Assembly (NCBI GenBank): GCA_045862915.1
Contig: BTVE01000011.1
Location: forward strand, 15,182 to 79,181
DNA: 64,000 nt
From: Acidimicrobiia bacterium
Lineage (GTDB): Bacteria; Acidobacteriota; Vicinamibacteria; Vicinamibacterales; SCN-69-37
Reading direction: 5' to 3'
Position numbers and translations under genes: made by a program. This document shows, piece after piece, positions 27,263 to 36,313 of the stretch. Numbering within the stretch: the stretch's first letter is position 1; each line of letters opens with the position of its first letter. Under the pieces are notes generated by a model that saw only the letters and a list, made by a program, of their open reading frames with translations, was not told the DNA's origin and ran no database searches.

Positions 27263-29032
27263 ATGGAAACGGTCACGCTCACGATTGACGGCCGGTCGGT
27301 CACGGTTCCCAAGGGCAAGACGGTGCTGGAAGCCATCATGGCCAGCGGCGGGCACGTCCCGTATTACTGCTATCACCCGGGCCTCGGGATCGACGCCTCC
27401 TGTCGCGTCTGCCTCGTCAAGATCGAGAAGATGCCCAAACTGCAGACGTCGTGTTCGACGCCGTGCGGTGAAGGCATGGTGGTGACCACCAATACGCCGG
27501 ACGTCGAAGAAGCCCGCGCGTCGGTCTTCGAGTTCCTGCTCGTCAATCACCCGCTCGACTGCCCCGTCTGCGACAAGGGTGGCGAGTGCCCGCTGCAGGA
27601 CTACTCGTACACGTATGGCAACGAACGCAGCCGCATGGACTTCCCCCGCCGCACGTTTGACGGCGAGGGCGTGAAAGCGGACGTCGACTTCGGCCCGACA
27701 CTGATGCTCAACCGCAACCGGTGCATCATGTGCACCCGCTGCGTGCGTTTCATGGAAGAGGTCGACGGGGATGCGCAGATCGGCGTGTTCCAGCGGGGCG
27801 TCCACAGCGAAATCGCGACGTTCGAAGAGAAGGGCGTCGTGTCGCTCCTGTCGGGCAACCTGATGGATGTCTGCCCGGTGGGCGCCATCACGACACGCGA
27901 CTACCGCTTCAAGTCACGGCCGTGGGACAACCCGATGGCCGTCGACACGATCTGCACGAGCTGCGAAAAGGGCTGCAACGTCACGGCGTGGATCAAAGCC
28001 AAGCCGGAGTGGGCCAAGGGCGCGCAGCTCATCCGTCTCACGCCCCGGTTTAATCCGGATGTGAATCAGTACTGGATGTGTGACATCGGCCGCTTCGACT
28101 ATCACTGGATCGAAGGGGATCGTCGCCTCCGCCAGCCGATGCAGCGCTCGCCGCAGGGTCTCCATGTCCTGCCGTGGGCCGACGCGCTGGTCAATGTGAA
28201 GTCGGCGGTGGATGCCGCGGGTGCTGCGCAATCACGCGTGCTGGTGTCGGGTCATGCCTCGCTTGAAGAGCTCTACATGCTCAAGCAGTTTGCGGGGCGG
28301 ACCGGCGGCGTCACGTTCAGCTGGCGTCACCGCGTGAAGCCGCAGCCGGCGAACACGAAGTTCCCGATTCCGGCGGTGGATGCGCCGAACCTGCGCGGCG
28401 CTCGTGATCTCGGATTCAAGCTGCCCGCCATCGATGGCCCCGCGGACGTCACGGGATTGCGCGCGGCGGTCGAGACCGGCGCCGTGTCCCTGCTGTATGT
28501 CATCGACAACGGCCCCGACGGCTCGCTGGGTGACGTGGACTGGATCGTCGCGGCGCGACAGTCCGGCAAACTCAAGACGCTCATCGTGCAGGGTGTGCTC
28601 AAGTCAGCGCTCACGGAAGCGGCCGACCTGGTGCTGCCGGGCTCCGCGTTTGTCGAAAAAGACGCCACCTACACCAACGGCACCGGGCACGTGCAGCCGG
28701 TGTCGCGCGTCATCCCGCCGCCGGGAGATGCCGCGGAAGACTGGCAGATTCTCTCGAAGGTCGCCGTGGCCTTCGGCGCGACTGTGGAACAGACCACGTC
28801 AAGCGCCGTGCGCGCGGCGCTGGCCCTCGAACTCGGGTCGATTGCGGGTTACGCGGCCCTCGCCGACATGGCGTTCTCGCGCCCCGTGTCGGCGCGCCAG
28901 TACCTGCAGGCCTCCAATCCGATGGAACGTGGCAAGTGGGATTCGCTGTTCCAGGATCTGCCGCCTGTGAAGTTCGGCGGTGAGTTCGGCCCGATTCCCC
29001 GCGCCGACGTCATTCCGCTCCGCCCGGTCTAG
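27263..29032 (+). CDS. NuoG/Nqo3-like Fe-S subunit (2Fe-2S + 4Fe-4S + molybdopterin-like domain), orphan
   Basis: 589 aa. Motifs: CYHPGLGIDASCRVCLV, HPLDCPVCDKGGECPLQD, RCIMCTRCVRF, and CPVGAITT. No other nuo genes are adjacent. Confidence 0.8.
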   Translation: METVTLTIDGRSVTVPKGKTVLEAIMASGGHVPYYCYHPGLGIDASCRVCLVKIEKMPKLQTSCSTPCGEGMVVTTNTPDVEEARASVFEFLLVNHPLDCPVCDKGGECPLQDYSYTYGNERSRMDFPRRTFDGEGVKADVDFGPTLMLNRNRCIMCTRCVRFMEEVDGDAQIGVFQRGVHSEIATFEEKGVVSLLSGNLMDVCPVGAITTRDYRFKSRPWDNPMAVDTICTSCEKGCNVTAWIKAKPEWAKGAQLIRLTPRFNPDVNQYWMCDIGRFDYHWIEGDRRLRQPMQRSPQGLHVLPWADALVNVKSAVDAAGAAQSRVLVSGHASLEELYMLKQFAGRTGGVTFSWRHRVKPQPANTKFPIPAVDAPNLRGARDLGFKLPAIDGPADVTGLRAAVETGAVSLLYVIDNGPDGSLGDVDWIVAARQSGKLKTLIVQGVLKSALTEAADLVLPGSAFVEKDATYTNGTGHVQPVSRVIPPPGDAAEDWQILSKVAVAFGATVEQTTSSAVRAALALELGSIAGYAALADMAFSRPVSARQYLQASNPMERGKWDSLFQDLPPVKFGGEFGPIPRADVIPLRPV

Positions 29033-29052
29033 TCGGGCCACCACACAACTGC

Positions 29053-29946
29053 CTACGGCACCCTGACTGCCAACGCCCCCGGATCCACACGGATCCGGGC
29101 CGGCGACGGCACACGCCACACTTCGCCATCGAGGTGCACAAGCAGCGCCTCGGCCGAAACGGTCGCGCTGCGCACCCGGAAACGACGGAGTCCAGCCACG
29201 GGCGCCAGAGGACGCCAATACAGGCGTCGCGCCCGCCAGATTTGCCGCCACGGCGAGTCCGCGTCCGCAATCAGCACGTCGAGCAACCCGTCGGCAGGAT
29301 CCGCATGGGGCGCCAGCGTGGCGCCGTTCCCGTATTGGGGAGCGTTGGCAAACCCGACGAGGAACCGCGGCCCGTCCAGGGCGGGATACCCCTCCAGTTC
29401 AATCGCGTACTCAGGCGGTTGGTACCGCCAGACCAGACGTGCGGCGTTGACGAAATACCCTCGTGGACCCCGCACGGTGCTCCGCGAAAACGCGTCACCC
29501 ACGGCGGCGTCGAAACCGAAACCCGCGACATTCAGAAACACCCGGTCGTTGACCCTCCCGACGTCCATGCGGATGGTGCGCCCCATCATCGCCACATCAA
29601 GTGCGGAGGCCATGCGCCGGGGAATGCCGAGACCACGCGCGAGCCCGTCTCCCGATCCACACGGGACGATGCCGAGTGCTGCCGCCGAACCAAGAAGGCC
29701 CTGCCCCACTTCATTGACGGTGCCGTCGCCCCCGACAGCGATGACGACCTCACACCCGTCTTCAACGCATGCCTTCGCAAGTTCGCGTGCATGCTGCGGA
29801 CCGTTGGTCAGGTGGATGACGGTGTCCATCGACCGGCGCTGCGCTGCTGCGCGCGCCAGAGCCACACGTCGCTCGGCTTCGCCTGAGTGGTGGCCGCGAC
29901 GTCCGGAGATCGGATTGATGATGACTCCGATTCGCGTGGGCATCAT
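29053..29946 (-). CDS. Diacylglycerol-kinase-family lipid kinase (YegS/BmrU-like)
   Basis: The core starts at MMPTRIGVIINPISG. Motifs: VIAVGGDGTVNEV and PCGSGDGLA. The ORF is open up to 30087, but that extension overlaps the divergent gene and is not kinase-like. Confidence 0.8.
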   Translation of the reverse strand: MMPTRIGVIINPISGRRGHHSGEAERRVALARAAAQRRSMDTVIHLTNGPQHARELAKACVEDGCEVVIAVGGDGTVNEVGQGLLGSAAALGIVPCGSGDGLARGLGIPRRMASALDVAMMGRTIRMDVGRVNDRVFLNVAGFGFDAAVGDAFSRSTVRGPRGYFVNAARLVWRYQPPEYAIELEGYPALDGPRFLVGFANAPQYGNGATLAPHADPADGLLDVLIADADSPWRQIWRARRLYWRPLAPVAGLRRFRVRSATVSAEALLVHLDGEVWRVPSPARIRVDPGALAVRVP

Positions 29947-29971
29947 GTCGGCAGTGTTATAGTAACGTTCC

Positions 29972-31126
29972 ATGCCGAACTCACGTCGCGGCCTGGTGCT
30001 CCTGCTGATTGCCGTCCTGATGATCGGAGGAGCCACATGGCTCACGTGGCAGTTCGAACAACAGGCCATCAGCCTTCGCGCCGACAACGATCGGCTTTCC
30101 CGACAATACGGCGTCCTCGAAGTGACCGTCGCCGACCTGCGTACGGCGCAGGCCGGTTACGTGGCAGTCGGCCAGGGCGCCTCGTTCTGGATGCAGCGCG
30201 TCGACGACCTCACGCTGCAGCTCGAACAACTTTTGGGGGAACGTCGCCGGGTGGCGGCGGCTGGAGCCGCGGGTCCGCTCGACGCCGCGCTCAACCAGGT
30301 TGAACCACTGCGCACGTCCGATGCGCGCGCGCGACGCTACGTCGGCAACGACCAGCGATTGATGGCGTCCGATGTGGTCTACGTCGAAAGTCTCGACATC
30401 CTGAACCGGATCAACACGGAGATCACCACGGCACGAGAAGTTGATCTGTCGGCGGCCACCACGGCGCTGATGGTCATCCGCCGCAACCAGGCGGCCGCGG
30501 CAGGAAGTCTCGCGGTGCTCCTGCTCATTCTGCTGGTCATCGCCACGCGGCCGGCAGCAGCGGCGGCCAGTGACGTGGAGCGCGTCTCCATCGCACCGGC
30601 GCCGGCGGCGTCGGCGCCGCCGGTGGCCGCCCCGGCCGTCACATCGTCAACCCCGGCGTCCCCCGTCGCCCTCGAAACCGCGGCGGACGTGTGTGTGGAC
30701 ATTGCACGCCTGCTTGATGGGCGCGACCTCCCCGGTATCCTCAGCCGGGCTGCCGGCGCCGTCAAGGCGCGTGGCCTGGTTCTGTGGGTCATCGATCAGT
30801 CGGCCGAGACCCTGCGGCCCACGCTGGCCCACGGATACTCGGAGCGCACGATGCAGAAACTCGGCACGCTCGCGGTGTCGGCCGACAATGTCACGGCGTT
30901 GGCCTGCCGCACGCTCCAGCCGCAGCAGGTGCCCGGCGCCCTGGCCGTTCCCCTGATCGGCACCAACGGCTGTGTGGGTGTGCTCGCCGCGGAAGTCGCA
31001 CACGCCGACGGGTCGACATTGCCGATTGCACGCGTCATTGCGGCCCAACTGGCGTCTGTCATCACGCCGCTGCCGCCAGCAACCGCCGGGGAATCACCCG
31101 TCGAATCTGCAGCCGCCGGACAGTAG
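29972..31126 (+). CDS. Two-TM sensor-like protein with an extracytoplasmic helical domain and a C-terminal GAF-like domain, no output domain
   Basis: 384 aa. TM1 (LVLLLIAVLMIGGATWL), a ~150-aa helical region, TM2 (LAVLLLILLVIA), an Ala/Pro linker, then a GAF-like segment (LVLWVIDQSAETLRPTLAHGYS...AVPLIGTNGCVGVLAAEV). Confidence 0.55.
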   Translation: MPNSRRGLVLLLIAVLMIGGATWLTWQFEQQAISLRADNDRLSRQYGVLEVTVADLRTAQAGYVAVGQGASFWMQRVDDLTLQLEQLLGERRRVAAAGAAGPLDAALNQVEPLRTSDARARRYVGNDQRLMASDVVYVESLDILNRINTEITTAREVDLSAATTALMVIRRNQAAAAGSLAVLLLILLVIATRPAAAAASDVERVSIAPAPAASAPPVAAPAVTSSTPASPVALETAADVCVDIARLLDGRDLPGILSRAAGAVKARGLVLWVIDQSAETLRPTLAHGYSERTMQKLGTLAVSADNVTALACRTLQPQQVPGALAVPLIGTNGCVGVLAAEVAHADGSTLPIARVIAAQLASVITPLPPATAGESPVESAAAGQ

Positions 31127-31409
31127 GTCCTGCCGCCTGCCGAGGTCAGCTGCGGGTGTCAGGTGACACCTCTAACGTCCACTCAGTAAGTCACTTCGCC
31201 TGGAAGTGGTGTGTTTACGGGCGAATTCGGCATCAGAACACCCGGCACGGGTCTTGATTACCTGAGGATGAAGCCGCCCGGCGTCACGTGGGGTGTGTCT
31301 ATCAGTTCCGGGGAAGTCCCCGGGACATTAACGACAGGCAGGCGCTGGCATCGCAAACATTCCACGGCACGTGGGCTGATGACCGGGCGGCTTCTTTCTT
31401 CCTGAACAA

Positions 31410-33200
31410 CTACATCCCCGGCAGCGGCGGGAGTGTGAACTTCAGCGCAACGATGGTCGTGTCGTCGTTGGGAGGAAATCCGGCACGATGCGCGTCGACG
31501 GCCCCGGTAATCGAGTGCACGATCTCGCGTGCGCTCAGGTGGCGCGTCTCCGACACCACCTCCAGCAGCCGGGTGGATCCAAACTCCTCACTGCGACGGT
31601 TCATCGCCTCAGAGACGCCGTCCGAGCAAAACACGAACACGTCATCTGACTGAAGTGGGAACGTCACCTCGTCGTACGTCATGCCGTGGAACGACCCGAG
31701 CGGCACACCCTGCGCTTCGATCAACGCACAGCCCGAGCCGGACGCACGCACCGGGTACGGCACGCCGGAGTTGGCCAGTGTCACTGTTCGCCGCTTGAGG
31801 TCGAAGATGGCGTAGCAGAGCGTGCAGTAGTACTCCTCGAGCTGACGTTCATGCAGGATCGTATTGATCGAGGTCAACACGGCCGCAGGGGATGATCGCT
31901 CCGGCACGTAGCGTCGCCTGAACGTGCGGCCCCGCACGAGTTCGCCGGCAAACACGCTGTAGAGTGCGGCGGGCACCCCCTTGCCGGACACATCACCCAG
32001 CGCGATGATCAGCGTGTTGGATTCAGGCACCAGGTAGTCGTAGAAGTCGCCGCCGAGCTCACGCGCGGCCGAGAACGACGCTGCCACGTCAACACCCTTC
32101 AGGCGTTTGGGCAGTTGCGCCGGCAGCAGGGCCGCCTGCACACGACGCGCGAACTTGAGTTCCTTTTCCAGACGCGCTTCGGTCGCGGAGACCTCTTCGT
32201 AAAGCCGCGCGTTTTCGATCGCGACCGCCGCCTGGTTGGCCAGCAGCGTCAGGATTTCAACGTCCCGCTTGGTGAAGGCGTCCAGCTCCGGGCTTTCAAG
32301 GTCGAAGACCCCGACACAGCGATCTTTCAGGAGCATCGGCACCGCAAGTTCCGATCGCACATCGTCCACGACGCGGATGTATCGAGGGTCCTTCGAGACG
32401 TCGGGCACCACCACGGGCTCACGATGCAGTGCGGCATACCCGACAAGTCCCTGGCCGAGCGGCACCTTGGGCAGCTCCACGCGATCGCCGAACTGCACCG
32501 CGACCTTGATCTCCAACTCCTGGGTCGCCTCATTGAGCAGCAGGATGCCAAACGTCCGGTAATCGACCACCCGCCGCGCCAGCTGGACGATGCGCGCCAG
32601 CAGGTCGTCGAGATCCATCAGCGCCGCCACGTCACGACCGATTTCCGCAAGCGTCTCGAACGTCTCGGCGTCCAGCCGCTGCTGCTCGAAGAGGCGTGCG
32701 TTCACCAGAGCCAGTGCGACATGGGCCCCGAACTGCCGCAGAATCGTGGCGTCGCGCTCGGAATACATGTCCCGTGAGCGGCTCAGGACGTTGAGGGCAC
32801 CAATCGACCGGTTCTGATGGACGAGCGGGATGGCCACCGTGGACGCCATGCCCGACACGACCTCGACGTAGTTCGGGTCTGTCGTGACGTCCCCGACGAC
32901 GATCGCTTCCTGTTGCGCGATGACCTGCCCCACCAGGCCCTCGCCCGTCTTGGGGTGGTAATGGGAGGTATCCGGATACCCGACCGCGTAGGCGATGCGC
33001 AGCTCGTTCCGCTTCTCGTCAAGCAGATACACGGCAAACGCATCAAACGGAATCAGCCGGCCAATCAGCTTCGGGATCTGCTCAAGCAGTTCATCGAGGT
33101 CGATGACAGAGACGACCTGCCGGCCCAGGTCGAACAGGGTCAGCAGAATGTCTCGCTCGTGCGAACCGACGGACAATGGCTGGGAGGAGCGGACGGTCAA
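31410..33200 (-). CDS. GAF-GAF-SpoIIE (PP2C-type) phosphatase
   Basis: 596 aa with two GAF modules (AIPLVHQNRSIGALNV; AVPMLLKDRCVGVFDL). The PPM core follows: GGDFYDY, LGDVSGKGVPAALY, LANSGVPYP, SDGVSEA, DDTTIVALKF. Confidence 0.85.
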   Translation of the reverse strand: MTVRSSQPLSVGSHERDILLTLFDLGRQVVSVIDLDELLEQIPKLIGRLIPFDAFAVYLLDEKRNELRIAYAVGYPDTSHYHPKTGEGLVGQVIAQQEAIVVGDVTTDPNYVEVVSGMASTVAIPLVHQNRSIGALNVLSRSRDMYSERDATILRQFGAHVALALVNARLFEQQRLDAETFETLAEIGRDVAALMDLDDLLARIVQLARRVVDYRTFGILLLNEATQELEIKVAVQFGDRVELPKVPLGQGLVGYAALHREPVVVPDVSKDPRYIRVVDDVRSELAVPMLLKDRCVGVFDLESPELDAFTKRDVEILTLLANQAAVAIENARLYEEVSATEARLEKELKFARRVQAALLPAQLPKRLKGVDVAASFSAARELGGDFYDYLVPESNTLIIALGDVSGKGVPAALYSVFAGELVRGRTFRRRYVPERSSPAAVLTSINTILHERQLEEYYCTLCYAIFDLKRRTVTLANSGVPYPVRASGSGCALIEAQGVPLGSFHGMTYDEVTFPLQSDDVFVFCSDGVSEAMNRRSEEFGSTRLLEVVSETRHLSAREIVHSITGAVDAHRAGFPPNDDTTIVALKFTLPPLPGM

Positions 33201-33230
33201 TCCATTGGAATTATACTTGGTTCCCCGGCA

Positions 33231-33695
33231 ATGACCGACATCACGCTACCGCTCGACTACACGGCCATCGAACGCGTCCTGCCCCACCGCTTCCCCTTTC
33301 TGTTGGTGGATCGCGTGACGGAGTTCGAACCCGACGTCCGGATCGTCGGAATCAAGAACATCACGGCGGACGAAACCGCGTTGGCGGTCGGTCCGGATCA
33401 GCGGAAGGCGCTGCCGCCGACCCTGCTGACGGAAGCGGTGGCCCAGGTCGGCGCCATCCTCATCCTGTCCAAGCCGGAGAACCAGGACAAGCTGATCTTC
33501 TTCATGGGGATCGAACGGGTGCGCTTCACCGGTGTCGTGCAGCCGGGAGACGTCGTCCGCATCGAGGCTGTGGTCAAGCGGTTGCGCACGCGCATGGGCG
33601 TACTCAGCGGGCACGCAGAGGTGAACGGCCGCCGCGTGCTGCACGGCACCATGACCTTTGCGCTCGGTCCGCGCGAATCGTCGGACGCGCGTTAA
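33231..33695 (+). CDS. fabZ: 3-hydroxyacyl-ACP dehydratase
   Basis: 154 aa. Motifs: LPHRFPFLLVDRV, the hot-dog fold GVVQPGD, and a GHAEVNGRRV-type tail. The start was chosen at the internal ATG of the 292-aa ORF-track entry. Confidence 0.92.
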   Translation: MTDITLPLDYTAIERVLPHRFPFLLVDRVTEFEPDVRIVGIKNITADETALAVGPDQRKALPPTLLTEAVAQVGAILILSKPENQDKLIFFMGIERVRFTGVVQPGDVVRIEAVVKRLRTRMGVLSGHAEVNGRRVLHGTMTFALGPRESSDAR

Positions 33696-34867
33696 GCAAT
33701 CACCCGGACCATCACCACACCAGGGATCGCCAGCACTGCTTCAACGACGGCTGGGTCGAGCGCGTCGGCCGTATCGACGGTGCCGTAGGTCAGGTCATTG
33801 CGCATGGCGTGACCTGCCGCCGTCACAGCGACGCCGGCCTTCGCGAGCATGTCCCCGACCATAGCGGCCGTGCCCGTGGTGCCCCCGGCATACACCAGCC
33901 GGTGCTGAAAGCCACCGGGGGCTCGATACGCCGGGAAGTTGACGGAGTTGCTGATGTCTCCCCGCAGGAGGAAGTCACGCACCTGGTCGGCCACCATCAC
34001 GGCACAGTTGTCTTCGGCTTCGGCAGTGGAGGCGCCCAGATGCGGCAGGGTCACACAGCGCGGATGTGCCACCGTCGCTGCGGTTGGAAAGTCGCTGACG
34101 TACGCACGCAGCGCACCGCTGTGGAGCGCCTGAATCACGGCGGCCTCGTCAATCACGCCTTCGCGCGCAAAGTTGATCAGCACACCGCCCTTGGGCATGA
34201 GCGCGAGCCGTTCGGCGTTGACCAGGCCCCGCGTGCCGGGCGTCAACGGCGCATGGATACTGAGAAACTGCGCGGCCGCAAACACGTCATCGAGCGCCGA
34301 CGCAGACTGCACGCGGGGATCGAGCTGCCACGCCCCCTCAACCGACAGGCCGGGATCAAATCCCACGACGCGCATCCCGAGCGCGACACCCGCTGACGCG
34401 ACGCGGCCGCCGATCGCGCCAAGGCCAATGACACCAAGTGTGCGTCCCGCAATCTCGATCCCGGCATACGCCTTCTTGCCGGCTTCCACGGCCTTGTGCA
34501 ACGAGGCATCGTCTCCCTCGAGCGTGCGCGCGAACTGCCAGCCGGCGCCGAGAGAACGGGCGCCGATGATCATGGCGGCGATCACGAGTTCCTTGACCGC
34601 GTTGGCGTTCGCCCCGGGCGCGTTGAATACCGGCACACCACGTGTGGTCATGTCGGCAACCGGGATGTTGTTGGTGCCCGAGCCTGCGCGGCCGATGGCC
34701 TTGACCGAGTGCGGGATCGGCGTCGCGTGCAGATCCGCCGAACGCAGCAGAATCGCGTCGGGATCAGTCAGTGCAGCGCCGGTCTCGAACCGGGAAGCGT
34801 CAAGCCGCGCCAGTCCGGCGGCCGAGATGTTGTTGAGCGTCTGGATGCGAAGGCGAGGAGCGGTCAT
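33692..34867 (-). CDS. serA: D-3-phosphoglycerate dehydrogenase-like 2-hydroxyacid dehydrogenase
   Basis: 391 aa. Motifs: RIQTLNNISAAGL, NAPGANANAVKELV, the Rossmann motif GVIGLGAIGGRVA, and HLGASTAEAEDN. Confidence 0.8.
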   Translation of the reverse strand: MTAPRLRIQTLNNISAAGLARLDASRFETGAALTDPDAILLRSADLHATPIPHSVKAIGRAGSGTNNIPVADMTTRGVPVFNAPGANANAVKELVIAAMIIGARSLGAGWQFARTLEGDDASLHKAVEAGKKAYAGIEIAGRTLGVIGLGAIGGRVASAGVALGMRVVGFDPGLSVEGAWQLDPRVQSASALDDVFAAAQFLSIHAPLTPGTRGLVNAERLALMPKGGVLINFAREGVIDEAAVIQALHSGALRAYVSDFPTAATVAHPRCVTLPHLGASTAEAEDNCAVMVADQVRDFLLRGDISNSVNFPAYRAPGGFQHRLVYAGGTTGTAAMVGDMLAKAGVAVTAAGHAMRNDLTYGTVDTADALDPAVVEAVLAIPGVVMVRVIA

Positions 34868-35759
34868 GCCGCTCCACAGGATATCGGACGATGGTGATGC
34901 CGGTCACGATGATTGCCGCAGCCACCAGCATCGAGAGCCGGAAGGGTTCACCCAGCAGCAGCGTGCCCAGGGCCACCGCAATGACCGGGTTCACATAGGT
35001 GTAGAGCGAGACGGTGGACACCGGCAGGTGACGCAGGGCATACGAATACGCTGCGAAGGCGACCAATGAGCCGGCAAACGTGAGGTAGCCGAGCGCCAGG
35101 CCGGTTTTTGGCGTGAAGCTGAGGTGCGACCACTCGCCGGTGAGTGTGCCTGCCAGCAACATGAACACGCCGCCGAAGAACATCTGAACCGCAGCGACGA
35201 CCAGGACGGAATGGCCCAGCGCGTGCCGTTTCGTGTAGGACGAGGCAATGGACCATCCGGCACACGCAATCTGCAGGGCGAGAATGCCCAGCAGCACCGT
35301 GCCGGCCTGCGCGCCTTCGAAGGACACGTCGGGCCAGACGAGCAGGACGATCCCCGCAAAACCCACGAGGAGACCGAACCACTGCCGCGGCACCAGGCGT
35401 TCCCCGCCAGGGAACATGGCGTCCACCGCCACCATCCAGAAAGGTGAGGTGGCAATCACCACAGCGGTGATCCCGCTGGCCAGATATTGTTCACCCCAGT
35501 TCACGCCACCATTGCCGAGACCAATCATCAGAAAGCCGAGCAAGGCCAGCGGACCCCATTCCCGCGGGCGCGGCATCGCCACACCGCGCGCAACGAGGAT
35601 CCCCATCAGCAGGGAACCTGCCGCGGTATACCGGAGGCCACCCATGAGGAACGGCGGAACCGTCTCGAGCGCAACTTTGATCGCGAGATACGTGGTGCCC
35701 CAGATCAGGCACACGGCAATGAACGCGAGCCACGCGCTGCGCCGCACCGCGGGACTCAT
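34800..35759 (-). CDS. EamA/DMT-family transporter
   Basis: 319 aa with ten hydrophobic helices in a 5+5 arrangement (LIWGTTYLAIK...). The non-conserved tail overlaps the serA-like start by 68 bp. Confidence 0.8.
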   Translation of the reverse strand: MSPAVRRSAWLAFIAVCLIWGTTYLAIKVALETVPPFLMGGLRYTAAGSLLMGILVARGVAMPRPREWGPLALLGFLMIGLGNGGVNWGEQYLASGITAVVIATSPFWMVAVDAMFPGGERLVPRQWFGLLVGFAGIVLLVWPDVSFEGAQAGTVLLGILALQIACAGWSIASSYTKRHALGHSVLVVAAVQMFFGGVFMLLAGTLTGEWSHLSFTPKTGLALGYLTFAGSLVAFAAYSYALRHLPVSTVSLYTYVNPVIAVALGTLLLGEPFRLSMLVAAAIIVTGITIVRYPVERHDRSSPSHPDAQQHLGRRTGAA

Positions 35760-36241
35760 GCGTGCACCGGCGTCACGCCGTCCAGAGGCAACGCTCCGGA
35801 TTCCTTGTGCGTGCCAAGCACGATGGTCGTGCGGGTCGAACGGACGCCCTTGATCAGGCCGACGTCGTACTTGAGGAGCTGCCCGAGATGTTCGGTGTCA
35901 CGAGCGCGAATCTTGACGAGAAAACAGTCGTCGCCGGCGACGTGATGCACCTCCAGGACGCCGGGCACCGCCGCAAGTGCATTGCCCACACGGTCTTCTT
36001 CTTCGCCCACCTCGGCGGTCCGCACCGCGATGAAGGCCAGCAGCGGACAGCCGGCCGCGTGGGGATCGACCCGTGCGGCGTACCCCTGGATGATCTGACG
36101 GGCTTCGAGTTTCCGGAGGCGCTCCAGCACCGCTGACGGAGCGAGGCTGACAGCCTTGGCGATGTCGACCTGCGCCATCCGGCCATCCTGCTGGAGCAGG
36201 GTCAGGATTTTGACATCAATGGGGTCTTTGATCGCTTCCAC
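35756..36241 (-). CDS. Lrp/AsnC-family transcriptional regulator
   Basis: 161 aa with an N-terminal HTH (DVKILTLLQQDGRMAQVDIAKAVSLAPSAVLERLRKLE) and a C-terminal RAM/AsnC_trans_reg domain. An AT-rich upstream region lies at 36242-36313. Confidence 0.88.
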   Translation of the reverse strand: MEAIKDPIDVKILTLLQQDGRMAQVDIAKAVSLAPSAVLERLRKLEARQIIQGYAARVDPHAAGCPLLAFIAVRTAEVGEEEDRVGNALAAVPGVLEVHHVAGDDCFLVKIRARDTEHLGQLLKYDVGLIKGVRSTRTTIVLGTHKESGALPLDGVTPVHA

Positions 36242-36313
36242 ACAAGTATTCTCACACCATGCAGATTCACATGGAAGTAAATTGTGTGTTCAGGCCAAAT
36301 ATCTGAATTAACT

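Noticed and set aside
29947-30087. N-terminal extension of the lipid-kinase ORF
   Set aside because: The extension (MSARRLMACCSNCH...) is not kinase-like. It would overlap the divergent GAF-sensor gene by >100 bp. The conserved core begins at MMPTRIGVIINP.
31305-31323. AGTTCCGGGGAAGTCCCCGG as a further copy of the 8-mer repeat family
   Set aside because: It has at most two unit-like segments, and they form a simple palindrome. That is insufficient to call an array.
33176-34396. 406-aa plus-strand ORF
   Set aside because: It is out of frame over fabZ and antisense to the serA-like gene. It is Arg/Gly/His-rich.
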